In this document: positions 1-6,055 of the stretch, piece by piece
Layout: every line of letters starts with the position of its first letter
Position numbering within the stretch: position 1 is the stretch's first letter
Assembly: GCA_001192655.1 (NCBI GenBank)
Contig: BBVC01000085.1
Coordinates: 1-6,596 of the forward strand
Source: Caedimonas varicaedens
GTDB taxonomy: Bacteria; Pseudomonadota; Alphaproteobacteria; Caedimonadales; Caedimonadaceae
Length of the DNA stretch: 6,596 nucleotides
Direction of reading: 5' to 3'
The notes under the pieces: model-generated
Databases searched by the model: none
Told to the model about the DNA's origin: nothing
What the model saw: the letters and a program-made list of their open reading frames with translations, nothing else
Program-made: the position numbers and the translations under genes

Positions 1-15
1 CTCCGGCGCTAACAC

Positions 16-939
16 TTAAACACCACGACGAGGAGCAGGTACAAGAGGCAGATATTGTTCAACTTGTTGAGCGTCGGGAAGACTGGTTTGAGCGCCGACT
101 GAAGTGCAAGCGAGACCACTTGCTACCGTTGCACGCCTTAAGGACTCATCAAGAGTCATGTCCTTTGCAAGGCTTGCGGCGAATACGCCAACAAAAGCAT
201 CCCCCGCAGCAGTCGTATCAACCGCTGTAATGGGGAGAGCCTGAACGGTCCATGTTCCTTGTGGGCTTGCCGCAAATGCACCATCTGCTCCCAAAGTTAC
301 GATACAGGTAATCCCATATTTAGAGGAAATTCTACGTGCAGCAATCGTAGGAGAGATTATATCAAATCCCAAATTAAGTGCTAAGACGGTCGCCTCAATT
401 TGATTCATCACAAGGACAGAAAGAGATTTAAGGATGTGATCTGGGATAGCCTGTGCAGGTGCCAAGTTTAAAATAACGCGTGTTCCTCGTTGTGATGCAC
501 GTTCAATCAACTGCCAGTTTTCCTCTGGTCGTACTTCCATTTGCAAAACAAGAATAGAACTATCCGTCAACATTTCATCAGGAACCAGTGCAGAACTTGC
601 GAGAAGATTAGCGCCACTAGCCACAGTAATCATATTCTCCCCCCGGGCATCAACACAAATGGTCGCGCATCCCGTTGGTTTGTCACATGTTACCATATAC
701 TGAGTCTGCACTTTGGATGCGTTAAGGGAATCTCGACAGAGATGAGAAAAACTATCATCACCTACGCAACCAAACATGTGGACGTCAGCGCCCATGTGCG
801 CCGCTGCGACTGCCTGATTCGCTCCTTTTCCCCCTGGATGAAGCTTGTATTCAGGACATAACAAAGTATCGCCAGGACGTGGCATACTTTCGACAGGTAA
901 AACCATATCAACATTGAGAGAACCAAAAACAATAATCAT
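16..939 (-). CDS. rbsK: Ribokinase (PfkB-family carbohydrate kinase)
   Basis: The N-terminal IIVFGSLNVDMV (GSxNxD) motif, GGKGANQAVAAA, and the C-terminal DTTAAGDAFVGVF motif with its catalytic Asp are the ribokinase/PfkB signatures. Length is about 307 aa. The ORF track starts at GTG 960, which has no purine-rich motif upstream. I prefer ATG 939-937, which follows AGGGAG (955-950). Both starts fit ribokinase N-termini, so the start is uncertain by 21 nt. The stop is TAA at 18-16. Confidence 0.85.
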   Translation of the reverse strand: MIIVFGSLNVDMVLPVESMPRPGDTLLCPEYKLHPGGKGANQAVAAAHMGADVHMFGCVGDDSFSHLCRDSLNASKVQTQYMVTCDKPTGCATICVDARGENMITVASGANLLASSALVPDEMLTDSSILVLQMEVRPEENWQLIERASQRGTRVILNLAPAQAIPDHILKSLSVLVMNQIEATVLALNLGFDIISPTIAARRISSKYGITCIVTLGADGAFAASPQGTWTVQALPITAVDTTAAGDAFVGVFAASLAKDMTLDESLRRATVASGLACTSVGAQTSLPDAQQVEQYLPLVPAPRRGV

Positions 940-946
940 GGAAGGA

Positions 947-1000
947 AAGCTCCCTGACACATTTTTAATATGAAAACATGATTCTAATTAAAGGGAGCTT
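947..1000 (-). promoter_or_regulatory. Perfect 9-bp inverted repeat (AAGCTCCCT / AGGGAGCTT) with a 36-nt AT-rich spacer. The 3' arm on the mRNA covers the putative rbsK Shine-Dalgarno, so this is a candidate RBS-sequestering stem.
   Basis: The + strand reads aagctccct at 947-955 and agggagctt at 992-1000, which are exact reverse complements. The flanking bases (946/1001 and 956/991) do not extend the pairing. Any function is inferred only. Confidence 0.3.
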
Positions 1001-1084
1001 GGACAAACGTCAATCAAAATCGGTCTCTATGAATATTTCAGAAGTCAAAAGTGTATAATTTTCAACGATTGAAATCTGAGCACA

Positions 1085-2020
1085 TCAAGCTTTGCCAAGA
1101 TAAGTGTCGACCATTTTATCAAGCATCTTGAGGGCTTCTACCCGTGGCCTCTGGAAACAATTTCGCCCAATAATGGAACCATTTCCATGTCCATCCCGAA
1201 TGGCACGGGTATCTTCATAAATACCGTCAACTCCTTTTGCATCGCCCCCCGAAAAAACAACCAGACGACGACCATTAAAACAGCTTTCAACAACATGACG
1301 CACACGCTTTTCAAGCGTTGAAATATCTACGTTATTTTTAAGATATTCTTTTTTCGCTGCTTCTACTTCCAGATGTTCTGAAGGCAGTTTAACCTTGATG
1401 ATATGAGCTCCCAGCAAGGCTGCCATATGCGCTCCGTACGCAATCACATCAATGGCTGTTTCTCCTACCTTGGACATATTCCCACGTGCATAGGACCAAA
1501 TGATGACGGCAAGACCACAGGATTTTGCTTCTTCTGCCAGTTCTCTTATCTCTTCGTACATGTCATACATATGATCCGAACCTGGATAAATCGTAAAACC
1601 AATCGCAGAACAGCCAAGACGAAGTGCATCTGAAATGCTGGACGTGACAGCCTGATCCGACATCAGGGATTCTGTTGTGGCGCGGGACAATGAGTTACCA
1701 CTATTCATTTTCAAAATTGTAGGGATAGCCCCTGCAAAGGTTGCGGCACCCGCTTCAAGCATACCAAGAGGAGCGGCATAAGCAGAAAGACCTGCATCAA
1801 TGGCGAGCTGAAAATGATAATGAGGATCATAGGCGTCAGGATTACAGGAAAAACTCCGGCCTGCCCCATGTTCAAACCCTTGATCAACTGGTAGAATGAT
1901 CATCTTCCCTGTACCGCCCAAGCGTCCATGTGAAAGCAGGCGCGCCAGGTTTGTTTTCGTTCCTGGATTGTCGCTTTCATAATTTTGCAGAATTTTTTTA
2001 ACAGATGTACTCATTTCCAT
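1085..2020 (-). CDS. fbaB: Class I fructose-bisphosphate aldolase, DhnA/FbaB type (DeoC/LacD aldolase superfamily)
   Basis: GRLGGTGKMIILPVDQGFEHGAGRSF closely parallels E. coli FbaB ([26 protein letters not shown]). HMAALLGAHIIKVKLP parallels the FbaB Schiff-base lysine region (HLAATIGADIVKQKM), and there is a C-terminal SGG...GRNCFQR segment. The protein is 311 aa. ATG 2020-2018 is preceded by GAGGG with a 7-nt spacer, and the stop is TGA 1087-1085. Exact substrate specificity cannot be read from the sequence. Confidence 0.8.
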   Translation of the reverse strand: MEMSTSVKKILQNYESDNPGTKTNLARLLSHGRLGGTGKMIILPVDQGFEHGAGRSFSCNPDAYDPHYHFQLAIDAGLSAYAAPLGMLEAGAATFAGAIPTILKMNSGNSLSRATTESLMSDQAVTSSISDALRLGCSAIGFTIYPGSDHMYDMYEEIRELAEEAKSCGLAVIIWSYARGNMSKVGETAIDVIAYGAHMAALLGAHIIKVKLPSEHLEVEAAKKEYLKNNVDISTLEKRVRHVVESCFNGRRLVVFSGGDAKGVDGIYEDTRAIRDGHGNGSIIGRNCFQRPRVEALKMLDKMVDTYLGKA

Positions 2021-2100
2021 AAGATAACCCTCGATATAAATAACTTGATGCGTTTTTACACAATATCAGCGGCGAACACAATGCTCTCTTAAAGTCACAA

Positions 2101-3639
2101 TCAACGTCTCTTTCTTGATAAAAGCTCACAGAACCCTACAAATCCAAAGATCAATAGAAGCATGAGAAAAAGTATTTTATCGCCATAATAAAAGTAGAGC
2201 GTATGGCCTTGAATAAATTTCGGAAGACTGGTATCCAGAAAACTCCTCTCATCCAACCCAATCTTTCCCAAGATGCGTCCATAAGGATCAATGACAGCAG
2301 AAATACCGTTATTGCCAACTCTTATCAAGGGTAAGCCTTCTTCAATGGCGCGCGCGCGTGCGATATCCAGATGTTGATAAGGCCCTGACGTACGACCGTA
2401 CCAGGCATCATTCGTAATATTTAAAAGCCATTCAGGAAAAGGGTCTTTTGAAGATTTTACAGCACCCGGGAATATGATTTCATAACAGATAAGAGGACTA
2501 AACGAAGGTATTCCTTGTATTTTCATTGTTTGAAGACCAGAGCCCGGAGAATAATCAATAGAACCTGGTGTCACTTTATGAACAATTCCGGAGAGTAGGG
2601 AACGGAAAGGAACATATTCTCCAAAGGGAACCAAATGGTTTTTATCATAAGTGCCGATAACGTCACCATTCTTACCAATCCCAATCAAGGTGTTCCAAAC
2701 TTGCAATTCACCTTTGGCAGAATGCATGCCTCTTGTCGTTCCCGTGAGCAGAATTCCTTTCAACGACAGGGAATGAACGAGAGAAAGTCGCCGCAGGTAA
2801 TCATTAGCAAGAAAAAAGGGCGTTGCCGATTCTGGCCAAATATAAATGTCAGGGGAAGAGTTTGGTGTTGCTGTTGTCAGTGCCAGAATTGTTTTCAGAT
2901 TTTGCTCGGTATGTTCTTTAGACCACTTCAGCTTTTGTGGGATTGAAGGTTGTACCAGTCGAAAAGTCAAATTTGGAACCATCTCAACTTGTGCAACATA
3001 AAGCCGTCCTATCCCAAAGAGGGTCAATCCCACGAAGGTCAGACAGATACCACCTAGAACTCGAAAACGAGGAAAAAGAAGAGGAGAAGAAGCCCACAAA
3101 ACAGTAAAAAAACTTAACCCGTAAATACCAAACAAGGAAAGGCTTTGCGCCAGCGGGCCACAATCCATCCAGCAATATCCAATAAGATTCCAGGGAAAAC
3201 CTGTAAAAAGATGACCACGAAGCCATTCAAAAATAGTCCACAATGCGGCAAAAAGAAAAAGGCGCTTCCCTTTTTCAAGATTCAATGCCGAGGTTAATGC
3301 AAAAACAGGTGCGATAAAAAAAGCAAGAAGAGCCGGCAATCCAAAGACTGAAAAAGGAATCATCCATGCAAAACGATCGAGATCAACGCCAAGCGCAAAG
3401 GCAATCCAGTACAAACCCGCTGTAAAATATCCAAATCCAAACCACCAGCCAACCCAAAAAGACACACGAACGCCAGCAGTTTTCGTCAACCACAGAACAC
3501 CACAAAAAGAAAGAAAAAGAAGAGGCAGAATATAAAGAGGCGCAAGGCTTCCTGCACCTAGGATACCACAAAAAAAAGCGGCTCCCCTTTGTCCCCAAAG
3601 AGAGCGCCATAAAGGATGCGAAGCTAAAGTTGACAACAT
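2101..3639 (-). CDS. lnt: Apolipoprotein N-acyltransferase
   Basis: The protein is 512 aa. It has a multi-pass hydrophobic N-terminal half and a C-terminal nitrilase-like domain carrying the Lnt catalytic-triad motifs IWPESA (Glu), YDKNHLVPFGEY (Lys) and SPLICYE (Cys), plus NITNDAWYG. Its position directly after corC is canonical. ATG 3639-3637 lies 1 nt after the corC stop. Confidence 0.95.
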   Translation of the reverse strand: MLSTLASHPLWRSLWGQRGAAFFCGILGAGSLAPLYILPLLFLSFCGVLWLTKTAGVRVSFWVGWWFGFGYFTAGLYWIAFALGVDLDRFAWMIPFSVFGLPALLAFFIAPVFALTSALNLEKGKRLFLFAALWTIFEWLRGHLFTGFPWNLIGYCWMDCGPLAQSLSLFGIYGLSFFTVLWASSPLLFPRFRVLGGICLTFVGLTLFGIGRLYVAQVEMVPNLTFRLVQPSIPQKLKWSKEHTEQNLKTILALTTATPNSSPDIYIWPESATPFFLANDYLRRLSLVHSLSLKGILLTGTTRGMHSAKGELQVWNTLIGIGKNGDVIGTYDKNHLVPFGEYVPFRSLLSGIVHKVTPGSIDYSPGSGLQTMKIQGIPSFSPLICYEIIFPGAVKSSKDPFPEWLLNITNDAWYGRTSGPYQHLDIARARAIEEGLPLIRVGNNGISAVIDPYGRILGKIGLDERSFLDTSLPKFIQGHTLYFYYGDKILFLMLLLIFGFVGFCELLSRKRR

Positions 3640-3640
3640 T

Positions 3641-4474
3641 TTATGGTTTTACAGGACGCAGCCGAAGTCGAGTAATGCTGCGGGGGCTTGCTTCCAGCAC
3701 TTCGAATTCAATGCCCGAAGAATGAGAGATGACTTCCTTGCAATCAGGCACACGACCCGCCAGATACATGATAAGCCCTCCCACCGTTTCAATATCTTCC
3801 TGTCGTTCTTCATCTGTTAAAATTTTACCAACCCTCTCCTCCAAATCTTCCACAAGGAGACGAGCGTCAATGATATAGGTTCCATCGTCCAGAGAAGTGA
3901 TCTGAGAGGAAATTTCGGGCGTGTGATCATCCTGTAAATCACCCAAAATCTCACGGATAATATCCCAGGAAGTCACCAAACCATCAACGCCACCATATTC
4001 ATCAACGACATAAGCCATGGGAATTTGCGTAGATCTCATTTGCAATAATAAATCCAGAAGCCGCATAGAAGGGGGTACAAAAAGAACCTGCTGAATGATG
4101 TTACGAATATTGAAATCACTGTTTTTGGCATGAAGGGCAATGTCTTTGACGTGAATATGCCCCAATAAATCATCCAGAGTATGGTGATACACTGGCAATC
4201 GCGTAAAAGGAGTCTCTGAGATCAATTTTATCAGTTCCGTAAATTTGATATCTACTGAGATAGCAATAATATCAGCTCGTGGGATCTTTACATCATCCAC
4301 ACTCATATCACGCAACCTCAAAACATTGGATAGAAGGGTACGCTCTTCACTATTAAGGGAAGATGAACCTTCTTGGGGACTTTCCTGAATAAGTTCGGTA
4401 ATCGTTTTGCGAACCGAATCTGGATTTTTACGAAAAAGTATCTTTAAAAATCGCTCAATAACAGGGTGTGCCAC
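3641..4474 (-). CDS. corC: CBS-pair / CorC_HlyC domain protein (CorC/YbeX/TlyC-type magnesium-cobalt efflux accessory or hemolysin-like protein), without the DUF21 membrane domain
   Basis: The 277-aa soluble protein has a central tandem-CBS region (VKIPRADI..., ...PVYHHTLDDLLGHIHVKD, ...AYVVDEYGGVDGLVTSWDIIREI) and a C-terminal transporter-associated domain (DDGTYIIDARLLVEDL...ETVGGLIMYLAGRVP...FEVLEA). It sits in the conserved ybeY-to-lnt position. The start is GTG 4474-4472, preceded by AAGGA with a 5-nt spacer, and the frame has no upstream ATG. Confidence 0.85.
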   Translation of the reverse strand: MAHPVIERFLKILFRKNPDSVRKTITELIQESPQEGSSSLNSEERTLLSNVLRLRDMSVDDVKIPRADIIAISVDIKFTELIKLISETPFTRLPVYHHTLDDLLGHIHVKDIALHAKNSDFNIRNIIQQVLFVPPSMRLLDLLLQMRSTQIPMAYVVDEYGGVDGLVTSWDIIREILGDLQDDHTPEISSQITSLDDGTYIIDARLLVEDLEERVGKILTDEERQEDIETVGGLIMYLAGRVPDCKEVISHSSGIEFEVLEASPRSITRLRLRPVKP

Positions 4475-4487
4475 GCCGTTCCTTTCT

Positions 4488-4961
4488 CTATAATGCCATA
4501 TAAGGATTTGAAATATTTAAGGATTCTAAAATTTCTATTTCAATATTTTCCATTTTTCTGGCATCATCTTCATATTCATGATCATATCCCAAAAGGTGAA
4601 GAATGCCATGAATGATTAAATGAATATAGTGATTATGGAAAGTTTTTTTTTGTTTAATTGATTCTCGCTCGACTGTTTCAAAAGAAAGAAAAATGTCTCC
4701 TAGAATTCCCGCATCCAAAGCTTTCTTTCCATATCCAAATGATAGAACATTTGTAGACTTGTCTTGGTGGCGGTACGTTTTATTCAGATGGTGCAGCATT
4801 TCATCATTGGCGAGAATCACAGACACTTCTCCTTCCCTGAGGGAAAAGTGAAGATTTTCAAGAGTATGTAAAATAGTTTCACGCGTTACTTTTTCAATGT
4901 CAAATGAAAGGTTTTCCCAAGCACTGTATTCCTGATTAATAATAATATCAAACTGAGACAT
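4488..4961 (-). CDS. ybeY: Endoribonuclease YbeY (16S rRNA 3'-end maturation metalloprotease-fold RNase)
   Basis: It carries the zinc-binding HGILHLLGYDH motif (HxxxHxxxxxH) and the TNVLSF motif. I trimmed the start from the ORF-track TTG 5048 to ATG 4961-4959, giving 157 aa. The resulting N-terminus MSQFDIIINQ matches the typical YbeY start (E. coli MSQVILDLQ). The trim also removes an 86-nt overlap with ybeZ and leaves a stop-start junction of TAA-A-ATG. Confidence 0.93.
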   Translation of the reverse strand: MSQFDIIINQEYSAWENLSFDIEKVTRETILHTLENLHFSLREGEVSVILANDEMLHHLNKTYRHQDKSTNVLSFGYGKKALDAGILGDIFLSFETVERESIKQKKTFHNHYIHLIIHGILHLLGYDHEYEDDARKMENIEIEILESLNISNPYMAL

Positions 4962-4962
4962 T

Positions 4963-5925
4963 TTATTTTTGCTGTTGTTTTTCATAAGCCTGTACGATGC
5001 GCGTGACCAAAGCATGTCGTACGATATCCTGATCATCGAAATAGCCAAACCCTATGTCAGGGACAAGACTCAAAATATTCAGAGCGTGCGGCAACCCAGA
5101 AAGAGTTCCGGGCGGTAAATCAACCTGTGTAAGATCACCTGTGACCACCATTTTTGACCCATTGCCTAATCGTGTTAGAAACATTTTCATTTGGGCAATA
5201 GAGCTATTTTGCGCCTCATCTAAAATAATAAAAGAGCGCGTCAATGTTCGTCCGCGCATAAAAGCCAGGGGGGCAATTTCAATTTCCCCGCTTGATATCC
5301 TTTTGGAAACTTGCTCGGAAGGGAGCATATCATAAAGCGCATCAAAGAGAGGTCGAAGATAGGGATCTACCTTCTCTCGCAAATCACCTGGCAGAAAACC
5401 CAAACGCTCGCCAGCTTCCACAGCAGGACGCGACAGGATAATCCGGTTAACTTGCCCCGAAAGAAGGGAAGCAACAGCGGTAGCCACCGCAAGATACGTT
5501 TTCCCTGTGCCGGCAGGGCCAATCCCAAAAACCAGGTCATTGTTTTGCATTAATTGTATATAACGGCTTTGACCAGGCGTACGAGGAGAAATAACGCGAC
5601 CGCGCGCAGGAATCACAACTTCCAAATCCGGATCAAAAGACGTATCCGCTTTTCCTTTTTGCAAACGAAGAGCAGCGTCAACATCAGCAGTGCTGACAAC
5701 AAGACCCTTTTTCAGGCGGTCATATAGTTTTTTCAAGACAGCTTGTGCAACTTCCGCCTGATGGGCATCTCCTGTCACAACAAGATGATTTCCTCGCGCA
5801 CTGATGATAACATTAAGTGTATCTTCGATCTTTGCTAGATATTGATCTCGTTCGCCAAACAAAAGAGGCAGAAGTCGATTATCCTCGAAATCAAAAGTCA
5901 AAACGGTTTCTGTGCCGTTTTTCAT
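4963..5925 (-). CDS. ybeZ: PhoH-like ATPase (YbeZ)
   Basis: Walker A is GPAGTGKTYLA and Walker B is SFIILDEAQN, followed by KMVVTGDLTQVDLP, which is typical of the PhoH family. The protein is 320 aa and occupies the canonical position upstream of ybeY. The only in-frame start is ATG 5925-5923, because a TGA lies 7 codons upstream. Confidence 0.93.
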   Translation of the reverse strand: MKNGTETVLTFDFEDNRLLPLLFGERDQYLAKIEDTLNVIISARGNHLVVTGDAHQAEVAQAVLKKLYDRLKKGLVVSTADVDAALRLQKGKADTSFDPDLEVVIPARGRVISPRTPGQSRYIQLMQNNDLVFGIGPAGTGKTYLAVATAVASLLSGQVNRIILSRPAVEAGERLGFLPGDLREKVDPYLRPLFDALYDMLPSEQVSKRISSGEIEIAPLAFMRGRTLTRSFIILDEAQNSSIAQMKMFLTRLGNGSKMVVTGDLTQVDLPPGTLSGLPHALNILSLVPDIGFGYFDDQDIVRHALVTRIVQAYEKQQQK

Positions 5926-5962
5926 TATATTGAAAGCCTCATGTCATGTCCCAATCGTAAAC

Positions 5963-5971
5963 TTTATATCA
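5963..5971 (-). promoter_or_regulatory. Candidate extended -10 element (TGATATAAA) for the ybeZ-ybeY-corC-lnt unit
   Basis: The minus strand reads TGaTATAAA, a TGn plus -10-like hexamer, about 38 nt upstream of the ybeZ ATG in a spacer of about 30% GC. There is no good -35 at 16-18 nt: TTGTGA lies only 12 nt upstream. This is a pattern match with no experimental or comparative support. Confidence 0.25.
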
Positions 5972-6055
5972 ATAAAAGTATCACAAAAATATTAAATAAA
6001 CTCTCTAAATTCTAGCCGCACACAAAAAGGAAAGGCAAGCGTTGACCTGAATAAT

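Noticed and set aside
541-861. 106-aa + strand ORF antisense to rbsK
   Set aside because: It lies wholly inside, and antisense to, a gene with strong family motifs. Its composition is Cys/Arg/His-rich and low in complexity, and I see no SD or promoter. This is a typical shadow ORF.
940-960. GTG start at 960 adding MSGSFPS to the ribokinase
   Set aside because: No SD-like motif precedes the GTG, whereas AGGGAG precedes ATG 939. It is not fully excluded, because ribokinase N-termini vary by this much.
978-1058. 26-aa + strand ORF (MILIKGSLDKRQSKSVSMNISEVKSV) in the fbaB-rbsK spacer
   Set aside because: It has no SD or promoter context and is hydrophilic with no recognisable features. It runs opposite to every real gene here and is of a length expected by chance in AT-rich DNA.
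1054-1059. Perfect TATAAT hexamer on the + strand in the fbaB-rbsK spacer
   Set aside because: There is no -35 at 16-18 nt and the TG is not at the extended -10 spacing. It would drive transcription antisense into fbaB with no + strand gene to serve. Such a hexamer is common by chance in 30% GC spacers.
1059-1075. Short hairpin just after the fbaB stop (TTTCAA cga TTGAAA)
   Set aside because: The stem is 6 bp and almost entirely A/T, with a 3-nt loop and no downstream U-tract. It is too weak to call an intrinsic terminator.
1403-1633. 76-aa + strand ORF antisense to fbaB
   Set aside because: It is a shadow ORF inside a well-supported CDS, with no recognisable motif or RBS.
2348-2358. Alternating GCGCGCGCGCG tract inside lnt
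   Set aside because: It encodes the ARARA segment (DIARARAIEEG) of the Lnt C-terminal domain. Codon choice for Ala/Arg repeats explains it, so it is not an independent element.
2635-2946. 103-aa + strand ORF antisense to lnt
   Set aside because: It is a shadow ORF with no motifs, and it overlaps the conserved catalytic domain of Lnt.
2984-3610. Two same-strand alternative-frame ORFs inside lnt (2984-3226 and 3383-3610)
   Set aside because: These are out-of-frame readings of the Phe/Leu-rich membrane-domain codons of lnt. The Lnt frame carries all the family motifs, and nothing suggests an overlapping gene.
4962-5048. 29-aa N-terminal extension of ybeY in the ORF track (TTG start at 5048, alternative ATG at 4985)
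   Set aside because: The extension overlaps the ybeZ C-terminus and uses a TTG start. The internal ATG at 4961 gives the canonical MSQ... YbeY N-terminus and a tidy TAAAATG junction.
5054-5553. Two + strand ORFs (5054-5335 and 5311-5553) antisense to ybeZ
   Set aside because: These are shadow ORFs antisense to the Walker A/B region of a conserved ATPase. They have no signals of their own.
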